Source of the DNA: Ophelia neglecta
Lineage: Eukaryota
DNA length: 64,000 nucleotides
Assembly (NCBI GenBank): GCA_965285935.1
Contig: OZ260665.1
Location: 21,142,001-21,206,000 of the forward strand
Reading direction: 5' to 3'
The translations under genes and the position numbers were made by a program. Shown piece after piece: positions 38,410-51,465 of the stretch. Under the pieces are notes generated by a model. That model saw only the letters and a program-made list of their open reading frames with translations. It was not told the DNA's origin and searched no databases. How positions within the stretch are numbered: position 1 is the first letter of the stretch; each line of letters begins with the position of its first letter.

Positions 38410-39800
38410 AGATGCTTTTGATGCTTCGGAAATGCCACAAGCCGCTTCCGTAGACTATTTGTGTGTCCCAAGACACAGTTGAGAAGCAGCTAATGAAAAC
38501 TAAGCTCTCAAAGGCCCCCGGTCCGGGCCGTATCCCCAATCGGATCTTACCTTGCCTCATCTCAGAATCTGTATGTGCCATTTTCAAGGTATCAGTCAAG
38601 CAAGGTGAGCTACTGAGCAGTTTGGAATAGTACTGACGTTGTTTTCGTCCCAAAAGTCCACCCACCGAGGTCAGTAAGATCTTATCACATTACGATATCA
38701 ATTACTCCAGTACTGGCCAACACTTTCAAACGCTTGATGGTAATTGGATATTTGCTACCATAAAACACCAGTTGGATCCCGAGCAGTTTGTAGCGATGAA
38801 CGGGCTATCTACAAACTATGCTCTCCCTAATGCATGACTGACACTTGGCAGTCCAAATCAACGAATATGTTTGGGTTTTGCTGCTGGATTACAGCCAGTC
38901 CTTTGATCTTGTCGATCATACTGTACTTGTAGCCGAATTGAAGTCAATAATTTGCTGCTTCGCTGGCTATTGGGTTCCTTTCAGGTAGTCAACAACGGAT
39001 GAACATCAACAGATAGGTTTCACAGTGTCTGACATTGAATAGCGCTAAACAACAAGGCTCCTGGTTAACTCCGATCTCTTTCGTAGTATATGTTAGTTGT
39101 ATAGAACACCCAAAGGAATAGAAACAGTCACATGCGTAATCGATGCTACCAAGCCTGAATGTATTAAGGACTAAATCCAATCCCGACAAGAAGCCGCAAA
39201 GTAGCAATGTTGTCCTATGCAAATAGAATGAAAGTCAGTGCTAAAATGACCACGTGGATGTTTATCACTACAAAGCAGGTCCCCACAATTTGTCCTCCGA
39301 TCACATTGACCAGTTCAGCGAGTTCATACTTCTTGGAGTCCAGACGGCAGACGACTAATACAGGCGAAGGGCTATTGATTAAACGCGGAGGTGCGGAGGC
39401 TATGCGGAGGCGGATGTCACGAGTATTTCTGAGTGGCATGAAGCAAATAATCGTCAGTAAGGAAAGGGTTAGGACGGAGGGTTAATTTTAGGGTTAGGGG
39501 AAGGGTTAGGGACAGGTTTGATAGGTCTAGTGCTCTGTTCTAATTTCGGGATTTACCTCCGCAAGGCTCCGCGCCTCCGCTTTTAATCAAAAGCCAGGCG
39601 AAGGCACCTCTTTCAAAGGCTGAACGTAGCATCTCCCAGACTGTACATCTTTCAACAACTGAGCCGGTGAGCTTAGTCTAGGGATAACCTTCTCTAATAC
39701 TACACCCCTATTATAATCTCTTATATACAAGAGTCAGGTCTTAACAAAGGGCATGTTGACTCGTTGGAAAAGAGGCATGAACTTCTAACCATCATCCCGC
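38410..39800 (-). mobile_element. Decayed non-LTR retrotransposon reverse-transcriptase region (I/Nimb-like), interrupted by a family B MITE
   Basis: Collinear degenerate motifs on the minus strand: 'HVVILALTFILFA*D', 'GFLS...FRLG', 'EIGVNQEPCCLALFNV' (GVPQG-like), 'VHRYKLLGIQL' (YLG-like), 'KRLKVLAS'. The clade call is tentative. Confidence 0.5.
39370..39595 (+). mobile_element. GG-terminated MITE with 8-bp TSD (family B)
   Basis: 226 bp, with about five substitutions versus 6579-6804 by eye; TSD aggcgaag at 39362-39369 and 39596-39603. Confidence 0.96.
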
Positions 39801-40448
39801 AGGTCTGCTACGATAATGCTCGGCACAAATGGGAATTAAACAATTTTCGGATTGTAGACTAGATTGGTATTTAATAAATTATGCATGATCACGGATTGAA
39901 CTTTTAACACCAAAGAAAAACTCACAGGATGTTATCCGAGACACTCAATTACCTATACCTTTCCAAATCGTAAAAGCAAAACAATTCATCATACTGTGTT
40001 ATCGGATCAATTGTTATCATGCACTCCCACGAATCATGAGCTTATATTAACTTTATCTAGTCAGTGTTACCATCAAGGTTGATTCTAAAGTGTTTGATTT
40101 ATTTTACTTACTTTTTGGAGTATTTCTTAAGTTAATCCCAGGCTGCAATGTATTAAATAACACTTTAACTCAAATTTATTTATTTAACTATCTTTCGATG
40201 TTGCTCCATTACCGAAAAATGGTTGAATTGCCCAAGCCTTCCACAAGACCAGTCCCTATAGGTCGACCTCTACGAGTCTGATGGGTAGTTTGTATCCAGG
40301 CCGCAGAGCATAATCGACCAGCCGCTGTGCGAGGAAGCGACCCGGGCAATGAGTAAGCAGTCCAGGGGGGATTAAACGGCGATCCTTCAGCTGGTGAAAG
40401 GTCTACCAGGCTTGGCTCATTTAGGGGCAATGTTGAACAATGTCAGAC

Positions 40449-40486
40449 AAATCAGGTTAATCCCAATAAATCAGGTTAATCCCAAT
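40449..40486. repeat. Perfect 19-bp tandem duplication
   Basis: aaatcaggttaatcccaat x2. Confidence 0.9.
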
Positions 40487-43400
40487 AAACAATATGTTTA
40501 ATCCAACAAGGTCAGGCAACGGCTGGATCATGTCCGATTGATGCCGATTTATCCCGTCAACATAGTTCCCAAAATAAATGCTTTCATAAATCATATATCT
40601 TTTCAAAATTATGTAGTGTCTCTTTCAATTTTTATCCATTGAATTGCCAAAAATTAAGTAGTGGTATTATATATGTTAATTATCAATTTTCAGTAATAAA
40701 GAAGGTCGCGTGAAGAAAGGAATGCATGAAATGGCTTTATATGACTATTTTGTATAAGGCGATTGATTTTTAAAAATGCAGTGACATTAAAAGTTTTTCT
40801 GTCTTGGGTACTCCAAAACATTTCCACCTGTCCGCCGAGTTTAACAAAAAAACTTTGGTCAGACGCAATTCTTATTAATATGTCTAGGTTCCGCAAATAA
40901 ATATTTCCTTCAGGACCAAACTCGAATAGGCTTTCAATCCGCTGCTTCGCACATAAACGTCTCAACTGTTATCTACACGCTTTTTGAGTTTTAGCCGTTG
41001 GGAGTTTTAGAGTAAGAAACTTTACTGGGAGTCTTATGGAAGCGTTTAGAAGCCGGTTAATTCATATCTCTATCTAGGATAACGAAGAATGCGTATAGAT
41101 AAATCAAAATGACTTCTACCATCACATTTGTGTGCAATTCGTTTATTAGATACATCCGTTACAGTAGGAAGGAAACAGCACGGTTATTTTCCGTACTATG
41201 TACACATTTTAATAATAAAAGAGCCATACATAACAGGTTCTTATGGCCAGTGGTGCATGTTATTTTCATGTATTTAGGGCTCGAGTACGGGTTGATGTAT
41301 GTGCGCTAGAGGCCACTGCTTCCTGAAGATTTCGGGCCGATTCAAGGTACTGTTTTTGATCAATGATTTTGCTCTAGCTTCCGGGTATCCGTTACCTTTT
41401 ACTAAACCTGTCGAAAAAATTCACTGTGGCACATTTAGCCTTTCGCAAACCGGCCTTTTGGCATGAGATATTGACAGGCAAAACAATGAACGACGCGATG
41501 GATAGTTTGCTTGGGTGATTATTCAAAGAGTTTTTTTTCGTTCTACGATTAATCAAAGTGGACAAGCCAGCAAACAGAAACCCTATAATATGGTTTCCAT
41601 TTGATTGACATTTTTGACGTTCCCAAACAGATCTGTTCTCCTTCTATTTAACAGGAACTAGAGACCCTTTAACAAATAAGGGCCAAAGTCTGAAAGGTCA
41701 CTTTCAAACACCTAATCAACCCGCCATGGTAGTCGTTTTGAACCCTGGCCGAAACGTGATAACAGATACCTCATAAATATCTTAATTTTATACCAAGGTT
41801 AGCTCTTGTCTTTTTAAGAAATGTGGGTAACTTTTTTTTTCTTCAAACAAGTTCAAAAGTTAGATCTGATATCCTGTCCACGAACAGCCTTGAACCTGAG
41901 ATTACAAATACAATTCGTTCATGTCTGGAATACTTTGACAATCCAAAGAACCATGGTCAGATTAATACCATTAACAGATACACAAAACTAACACAATAAA
42001 TATTATAAACTAGCATTGGATAATGATCGTGCTAAGGATAAGTTTTAATTTACCAATACTGATAAGAGACTCGTAGCACGAGATTAAAACTGAACAAAAC
42101 AAGAAATAATGGAAACAAACTGTCACATGTTGTATACTTATGCCAATCTTATTTATTTATAAAAAAAAATGTGCTCTATATATAAGATTTCTTTTTGTCT
42201 TGTACACGGATTTCTGGACAACACCGCACAATCTAAACATTATCTCTGCTGCCTTCATCATCGTAGTGAAGGACCCCACACATATTACCGTTATAATCAT
42301 GTGAAGGTTTTTTCCACACAAGGCAAGACATGGACACGGTCAAATCAATTTCTTCTACACTATGGTTTCTAATAATTCGTTTTTATTCGACGTTGACCCG
42401 GATGACCGGGTTCTGATTGATGTGGCCTAATTCAACGAAGATTAACAACTTTGTCGCCAATGTGCGGTCGGAGACCTAGTGGCCAAACATCTAAAATACA
42501 CGATTTAAAATGAAAGGGGATATTTCAATTGTAATTTCTGATTGGACAGAGGATCTACCCAGCCATGTTTATTTTTCACGTAGGCCTATGTGCTGAAAGA
42601 ATCTGAGAAAAGGTCCAAAAGTAACCATTTCCTCTTCCCAACTCAACGCACCAAACCCGTCAGACATACTTTAATAACGTTACTTTTCCCTTCCAGGGTA
42701 ATAAATAAAAAACATATCTTTCTTTGGGATTCCAAATTCAATTCAAATATATATTTCACACAAGTGCCCCATTCGCCATATTTAGCTTAATAGGTTAATT
42801 ATTCAAGGGTAAACATAATAAAAACCATTCGCAAAACTTACGGGACAAGATATTGTGTGCCGCGGGCCAAGTAGGCGCTGATGGAATTTTAATTATAACT
42901 TTCGAGTGCAGTTTTCGCCTTTACATCAGGGTGCGAAACTGTCAGGAGGTGAGCGGGATGTAATAAGCTGCAAAATTGTTTGAAATAATATGTTGCCTCT
43001 TCAAACATGGAACAGCAAAGCATGCATAATTATACAACTAATGGAAAGTGTATATCATTATAAACCAAGAATGAAGAACACATAGTAATATTAGATGAAC
43101 ACCGATAATATAATATCTTATTAGACATCAATATATATGTTATTGCTATTAGATTTGGTACCCATGAAATGGCACTTTATTAGAAGACATGCAATTATAC
43201 CGTGCACTTTCATCACCGCGTGGTAAAAAGCAGATACCTGTAGTTACGTTCAACGAAATGTTGAACAAAGAACGGTACGTCTTCCTTGCTCATTGTTATG
43301 CAAAGTAAACTATCCCTTAACTATGAAATGAAGAATAACAGTTCATATGCAAGAAATAAGTTTTCTATGCCACCTTATTGCTTTCCAATTTTGTTACAAT

Positions 43401-45752
43401 TCCTGGAACTAATAAGGCTAGTTTATCTCATCTCTATGGCATGCATTTTCTGCCACAGTGAGTGTAATTGGTTTGATGTATTCTTGAGCATTTACCACGA
43501 AAGTCTTCCCATCATGCTTCATTAATAAGTATTTATTGGGTTAAGCAAGGGAATTCTGACAAGTCTTGTCAGCTGGATTCGCTTGAAGCCATTAAAACAG
43601 TTAAACAAACGCCACGAAACCCTACGTTACAAAAGTGTCCAGCCTCCAGCTACAGTTAAGGAGGTCGGAATAAAAACAAACAAAGGCAAAACAAACATTG
43701 GACTTATCCAGTTTGTTCTCGTGTCGGTTGACAATCCTGCAACTAATAATCTTGTGTGTAAAATTATGAGCCACGGGTTATGTTATTTGGTCCCCATCAT
43801 TTTAAATTGATAACATCACCTTACAGGTAGTGATTTCATATAATGTCGCCATGATGTTAATTACAATTATGGAATAGGACATTGATGTTTGTGTGCCTGT
43901 AACAGACTGTTCATGAAGACGTCGTGTCGATTCAATGGAACATTACTGATTGTAAGCGACCTTATTTATTCTGTGTTGAGAGCTATTTTAAAATTTATAT
44001 TTTTGTCAGAAGGTAACTATTTGAAATAAATTTGTCGTACCATAACAAAAACATAATGGATACTCTGCCGAAATACAAATTTGTGATTAACATACACATC
44101 AAAGGATAATTATAATTCTCTTAGTTACCAAATAGTCAAGTACAAAAGGTTGGAGTCCAGATCATGTCTGTGTAAAACCTTAAGCAATAAGCTCGTGCAT
44201 ACATTTCATATTTCGAAGTGACAGAGATGGATCTGGTTTTTTATGCTTACCCCGCCTCCCCTTCGTTGCTCACATGTCTTTAAAAATAATATAAAAACTG
44301 TTTATTTGATTTTTTACTGGCAAATGAAACATGCCAAACGAAATAAACTTGGCAATATAAGCTACCTAGTAAACCTTAGACATTTTTTTCAACAAATGAG
44401 GCCAAGCTAAACGTTGGTCTGAAAAAACCTTGTAAAACCCTTTATATTAGGAGCCGTTTATAGCACATGGCTAAACACACGCTTATGACTCGTGCAAAGT
44501 CATCATAAACAAAAAGTCGTTATATATTCGTGAACAGCAGACGAAAAATAACAAAGGTCAGTCAATAAATGCACTGAAAAGCTCAGCATTTGACGTCTAG
44601 ACGTTTCTCTCGACCGACCATACCAACAATGGAAGCTCTCACAATTTTTATAATAACCAGACGTTCATGGCGCCCCCTTGCCTCTTCAGAGTCAATACCA
44701 TCAACGAAAGGATTTTGCAAATTGTTATTCTGGATACCTTTTTATTGCAATGAAACAAAACTTTCATAACTGCAGACAAGCCCGAATACTTCGAGGTAGG
44801 TACGAAAGGTTATTTGGGACTTGTTTATTGACTCATTTACAATATATAACACATAAACTTAGAGTTTAATATTCATTCTAAACTATTTTATTGTCCTGTG
44901 TCCACATTGGCGACACGATATCTGAAATAATAAGTTAATTTTAACCATCGAGGTTAGATGTTAAGAAGGTTCCATGGGAATGCGAAGAGTTAAGCCGACA
45001 ATCGTATACAAATAAACGGGCTGCATCAACATAGACGCAGTGTTAGACTCCTTTTGGCTGAATAGGCCTTTGTTGGGAAACTAGTCGTTGGTACCTCATT
45101 CCACTTACAAAGCTTAATTATTCAGGGTCTTTATATTAATGGCTTTTTGGGTTTATCAGGGGTGTTTCGTGCGGTAATTATTTTTAAGGTTATAGCACTT
45201 ATCTTCTGTAACGGTGTGAGCAGGAAATAATTAATGATCTCAACGGGAACTTTATTGACCATTTTCTGAGCAAGCCACCCCCTGTTTACAATAAAGCAAC
45301 ATAAAGATAATACCCCACGGCCACATCATCAGACAATTTATGTGTATATTTATAGAAAAGCGGAAAGTACGCTTTAACGGGTAATTTAGCGAAATTTCCA
45401 GGCTTACCCTGTATGAGCAGTGTATTGTCATATTATTCTGCCTGTCTTAACATCTCTTTGCGTCATTTAGTAGACATCTATTATTGAAAATCAGACTTTT
45501 GTTTTCATTATTCGGAGCTCTCAAATAAAATTATACGTTCACAAGTTCACGCTCACATGCGTGGCAGAAACGTTCGGGTTACGCGTCATAAATTAAAGAT
45601 ATGTTGCGGACTTTAATAGCTCGCCATGCGTGAAACACTGCTCAATTTGCCAACTGAATTTATTGAGATTTTGAAGACGGCATTTATTAAAACAATACAA
45701 ATACAATTTATATCTGATAGTGCGTTTTAATAATGTTACTCTGTGTTAACTA

Positions 45753-45929
45753 CAGTGAAACATGTGAATTAAGACCACCGAAGGGACCAGAAAATGATGG
45801 TCAAATTTTCATGTGGTCTGTTTAGACAGGTAATTTAACATTGAAGGTATACAGCGCATTCCTCATATTAGTAATCTGAATTGAAAGGTGGTCTGATTAT
45901 AGAGGTGGTCTTTAAGGCAGGTTTCACTG
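45753..45929. mobile_element. CAGT/TA MITE, family A
   Basis: ta|cagtgaaacatgtgaattaagaccacc ... caggtttcactg|ta. Confidence 0.94.
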
Positions 45930-47885
45930 TATTGGCTTTCGCAAAGTACGAATTATTGGAAGAGATTTGTTATTTGCCGGACACAATTAACACCGTTGAT
46001 AATATAACTTATTTTCCGTTATATGGTCTCGTTCATGCGAGTCATATAAAGAGTAATCTGCCATGATTATGTTTCTGTCTTATAAATTGACTGCCTTACA
46101 AAAATACAGGAATTTGCGTGACTTGGGAATAATGTGAGATTGGATTCTTCCTCTGACTTTTATTTCGCGCTATTTATTTTATGAATCCGAACAAAATGAA
46201 CCCTCACCAATTCTGGTGTAGGCAAAACAAGCAGTCATAAAGTGCCCATTCATAAAGTCATCAAGCCTGGCTTGCTAGCAGTATCCTGGGTGGTTTTTGA
46301 ACTCAAACCGTAAACCTGCTCGACTTTTGGTTGATGAATTTAAACTGAGCTTATGCATGGGCAGAAATGTCAAAGTGCTGTGATTAATAACACACATGAT
46401 GGAAAACGAGCATTATGTAAATATATTAAATAAAACTCTTATTGAAAAAATGGCACTTGTGGATAATATTACCAATCTCTAAGGCAAGCCTAGCTGTATC
46501 ATGTTATTCGCCTGTAACCAAATAAGCGTGTGAAGCGCGTCGCTTTATGCAGCAATTCAGTTTGTTAAGGATTAAAATTTAACTTAAGGTGGGGCCGAGT
46601 TCAATTTGTTTGATAAAGTCTAGACAAGAAGCATAATGCCAGACAGAAATGAATGATATCCCTTTCCCAAACCCCATCCTCCACAAATAAATTAAATACT
46701 TCCGATATAGTTGAAAATTTAGCATACATGCGGGAGTTAATAGTTGCCCAATCTGGAGCTGTTCCCAATTTTAGCAACGAAACTTAGAAACATAAATATA
46801 GAAAATATGGTCATGGAATGTGGTACAACTCGTATCATTGTACCTCTGTGTCTTTGCAGTCATTGAAGGTCGAATGAATCTGCGTGCAACAGATATCCCT
46901 GGACCTGCTATAGCTCGAGTGACGAATTCGTGTAGCTGGATCGGAAACGATCTTGGTTTACATTCACAGGCTCTTGCTGATATAAATGCTGTATTTCAAC
47001 CACAATTTTTTTACTTCCCCATATAAATTAATTAATTTTATGATATGTTAATTATAAAAAAAAGACCGCTCTACCAATATACTGATAATCTTTTAGTCTA
47101 GATATATAAATATAGTGGATAAAGCGTCCCATGTTATAAATTAGCTATGCAAAGCAACAAATAAATATCTAAAGAACGAGTTTGGTGCAAATCGCAGACC
47201 ATCCCGCTAACTTAACAGAGATATGCCCAACCTCAAATGTTTGGAATTGTATGTTTTACAGATACACATGAATAAATATTCTCGATTTTTTTCCAATATG
47301 CGAGCGGATATTATTTTGTGCACGAAATCAAATATACATTTTTATGTGATTGCCATTCGCAATTATAGGAAACCATCTTCAGAATCTGTTGGCGGATCAT
47401 GATATGTCTTTGATGTTTCTAATTCATCTACAGGTTTGATACAAAACCACTACCAGAAAACATGCATGAACCCAAAATTTTAACTTATCATCGAATTTGT
47501 TTAACCTGAAATGTTAAAACATGAAAAATTGCTTGAAAATGAACAACCCCGATACAAACAAACCTTTATAAGAGCACAATCGAAATTGCATTGTTGAATG
47601 CTAAGATACAACTAGCGAAATCTGCGGTCATCTTCATTGTCCAAACGAATCTTCAACTTAAAAACTATGCAGTTTTTCGAGGCGGCATATGCCATATAAA
47701 CAGTGTAAGACAAGCATAACATGTTGCTCACCTTTTTGCTATCGGTATTCTATTTTTTCTTTTGGTCGGGATTTGATTTTGGCATTAATATGCATTAATA
47801 TTATGACACATTGAGCGCCAACGTATGTACCGACGATTTCGAAAAGTACTCTTCTTACTCGGTCGGGTTAAGCGTTCTTCTTTAA

Positions 47886-48186
47886 TAGGGTAAAGTTGGG
47901 TAATTTTGCTCACTTTCGGATCTGCTTGCGCCCAAACTTTAAAACCTTGTTTATTTACATCTGAGGAAACGAATGTCAGTAGTTAATATTAGTATTGGAT
48001 ATCTAGTTTATCCAGAATTATACTTAACTCGAATATGAATAAATTTATTAGAGCAATATAAGAAATAAAAAGGTGTACGTAAAGCCTTATTTTTCTCACT
48101 TGGGGATAATTTCGCTCGCCGAGAATTGTTGTTTCGCTCACTGCGCAAAATGAGAACCGGGTGAGCAAAATTAACCACGGTACACC
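47886..48186. mobile_element. Probable old MITE with imperfect TIRs
   Basis: gggtaaagttgggtaattttgctcac ... gtgagcaaaattaaccacggtacacc (13-bp perfect inverted core). TSD not resolved. Confidence 0.5.
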
Positions 48187-49114
48187 ACTTTTAGAAATAT
48201 TAATATATCGGTAAATAATGATCTGTTTATCTGGTTTTGAGTATAATTACTTAACAAAAATAGTATAATAATTCTTATTAAATGTCTTCAATCTGAATGA
48301 ATTGAGGGAGCTGGGGCATAACAAATCCTCGTCAACATAGATAGATGGATTTTGGACACATGCAATCGCCGCTGTGACCATAAGTGCAGTTTCTGGGGAA
48401 GCGGGGTGGGGGTCCAATCCAACTTCAAACAGGTTATAACTCACCATTTTTGGGGGGCGTTTTTCGGTGTCCTCCTGTCGCTGGAAAATATATCATGGAA
48501 TGACGGACTGTGCATGTGCGGGTCTGGCCTGTATCCGGCTATGATTCTCCCCCCTGGTATGGAGGCAAGAGTATTTTTAGCGAAATTATCCGCTGAGCGA
48601 AATAACCCGACTTTATCCTATGCCAGGACCTTTTACATCCTTTCTTTGCTGTGTTTTTATTGATACAATGTTATCTTTAGTCTCTTCATTTAGAGACAGC
48701 TTAGACCATCATATAATCTCCAAGGGAGATTATACGACTTATCATTATACTGGCAATTGATGCATCTAGGCCTGTGGCTGGTGGTTCCTGATGGTTTTTC
48801 TAATCGATTTGATGGGCTGATATATGATCTTTTGATCTTGATTTATGATTTGCTGTGTCGCCTAGGTATCCATTCTTCATTCCTCTGCTCCCAACACAAT
48901 TTGTCATAATTTAATCTGTTTTAGTTTAATCTATTTTGCCTTTCAACTGTGCCGACTATAAACACTTATTGTTTTATCCCACACCTTGAAGTTTTACGTC
49001 TTATCTTACTGTTGTTCATAGGCCAATGAAAGCAGATTTGATAAATGTAGCTAGAAAGCAGTTTAAGCAAAAACCGTAGAATCAGATCGCATCATATAGC
49101 CTTGAAGAGACACA

Positions 49115-49440
49115 CCACCAAAGCCTTGGTGAGTGTCTGGGGTGTCCGCCTAGCAAGTGGAAGATCGGGGTTCAAATCCCGATCGCGTCAAACCCAAGAC
49201 GTAAAAATAGGTACTGATAGCTCCCCTGCCAGGCGCCCAGTATTTCGCGGGTAGTATCAGGACTGGTCAACCCGGTGTTAGTATGATGTGACTGGGCGGG
49301 GTCCCTTGTCTGATGTCTACGGCAGGTACTCCAGTGAGGCAACACTATAAAGAGGGCATTGGGCCCACTGTCACAAGTATGTTCCGTGGCGATATGACCA
49401 TATAAGTGTAGAAAGCCACGTAAAAAACACCAAACAACAA
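49115..49440 (+). mobile_element. Full-length tRNA-derived SINE (probably Meta/MESC-domain type) with 15-bp TSD
   Basis: B-box ggttcaaatcc at about 49169-49179, A-box-like tggtgagtgtctgg, body shared with 9821-10048, caaacaacaa tail, TSD ccttgaagagacaca at 49100-49114 and 49441-49455. Confidence 0.93.
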
Positions 49441-50339
49441 CCTTGAAGAGACACATAGCATAACCGAAAAAAACCGCACTGCTCCTAATTCTTTATATAA
49501 TATTGATGGGCGACTGCCACGATGGCTCATTTGTATTCAAGTCCGAATTATGAGGCAAACAATCTTGATTGGGAAGTGCCAGACATCTGTCTTTTCTCAT
49601 GTGTAATTACTACAGTGCAATATTTCATTAACTCAACACAATGACGAACAGTGCGGCTTGTTTTGTATGCACAGAGTTTATCAGTCTGTCATTGATGCTG
49701 GAAATCGACGGCGCATTTACCAGACAATATATATTCCGCCAAAAAAGTTGGTCTTTTTCTTTAACTTGAACAACAGCGTAATATATATATTCTGAATAAG
49801 ATTGTGGCATTGCTCCTAAGGCCAAATAAGTGTTCGGATTTATAATTTACCAATTGTCAGCCTCAAAGGTGTAAAATCCGGCTTGCATTATTCGCCTAAA
49901 TTTTTGAATAAAAATTGCATTACAGCTGGAACAATTGATGTCTATATCTGTCAAGATACTTTTCAATGGTTTACATCTGGGGTCCTTCCTGAATATATAC
50001 TGATTTGACCGTAGACATTTGGTTAGCATTTGGTTCCACCTTCACAATGCCCTAGGTGTATGAAGGCGAGTATACAGTTGACGTCAACTACTCGACTCCA
50101 GCTAAGCTATTCTGTGAATTAACAAGTACTTGCTCTATGGGCACAAAGCATGCCTGCAGCTACATTGATGAATGTGTAAGCATTGATGATTTTCATGGGT
50201 TGTTTTATTATCAAATACAATACATAAGACACAAACGGACATTGTCTGTGTTATAATATCAAGTCTATTTTTCGCAGCTCCCACAGTGACATTAATAATA
50301 CAGATGAGACCTATTGCTACAGCGATCTGCAGTGTGTGC

Positions 50340-50495
50340 AAATAGTCGAAAGTTTTCCAAGATGCGCGTCGGCTCACAAAATTTAAGAGTCAGTGGTCAA
50401 AGTAGGACGGCGATGAAATATAAAAAAAAATATGCTCCAAGACAGGTTATGTTGCTGTAAGCCCTCATAATTTTAAAGCCTACAGATGAGATTAT
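50340..50495. repeat. Old interspersed repeat, family C (inverted relative to the other copies)
   Basis: 'tagtcgaaagttttccaagatgcg...tggtcaaagtaggacggcgatgaaata' is the reverse complement of 51350-51465. Confidence 0.65.
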
Positions 50496-51319
50496 CTCAG
50501 TAAATACATGACCAAGGAGTGGTGGAAAAGGACCTCTCAAACTAAAGAGAAAGATTCTCGTCGTCAAGCTTACTATATCATAAAAGCGTTAAATATATTT
50601 TAGTTGTCTTTTATGTAAGATGTAACTAGTGGCAATATACAAAGTTCATTTTATTAGGCACTGATCAATCTCGGCTCCGATAGTAAATGGGCATCATGTA
50701 GTCGTTGTTGTGTTGTCTTGCGATAGTCCATAATTCAATGATTGTTCATATTTGGATTTATTCTCTTTAAACGATAAAAGGCCTATTTAAGTTTATGTCT
50801 TTATTACAAAAGGGATTATTTGAAAGAGCCTGTGCTTTTTTGCCTAATTTTAAATGGGAAACAAGTAGTCATGGTGTCAAAATTACTTACACGGGGATAC
50901 GAAATCTATAGCTTAAAAGGGGAACTTTTCAAATTCAAGGATAAATATTCCATTAATTTATCTAAATATAACACCCGCCTCGAGGACTTACGGAATCCAA
51001 TTAAGCATTTCATCAGGGAGAGGAGAGTCACAATACGATTCATGACTCACCTTTAGACTGCTCGTATTGAAGTTCTAGTTGCAACTGCTTTAACATCTAC
51101 TCAGTAAAAGACTGCAATAGCTTGTCCTAGGGCTAATGGTCATATACATCTGCGTCATTCTGATATCATGTCTTATGTTTCAGATGCACGTGTTCAGTAA
51201 CAATACAAGCGTGACTGGTTTAGGTTACTTAAGATACACAGTATTATCGTAGAGACTTAATACCAATTTCCCCTTTAGTATCCAGGTAGCTTTGACACGC
51301 CTCTTTGGTCTACTACTTT

Positions 51320-51465
51320 TTTCGGAGACACTTTCATCTTGTCTTTAAGTTAAGAGAGCTTACACCATTATTAACTCCTGGACATATTTCATCTCCGTTC
51401 TACTTTGACCATTTACTCGTTTTTGTGTCCTTTCTCCCATCATGGAAAGCTGTTGACTACTTCAA
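51320..51465. repeat. Old interspersed repeat, family C
   Basis: 'gagagcttacaccatta...tatttcatctccgttctactttgacca...catcatggaaagctgttgactacttc'. Confidence 0.65.

Noticed and set aside
49125-49190. tRNA gene
   Set aside because: It is the tRNA-derived head of a SINE: no complete cloverleaf, continuous with the SINE body and enclosed by the TSD.
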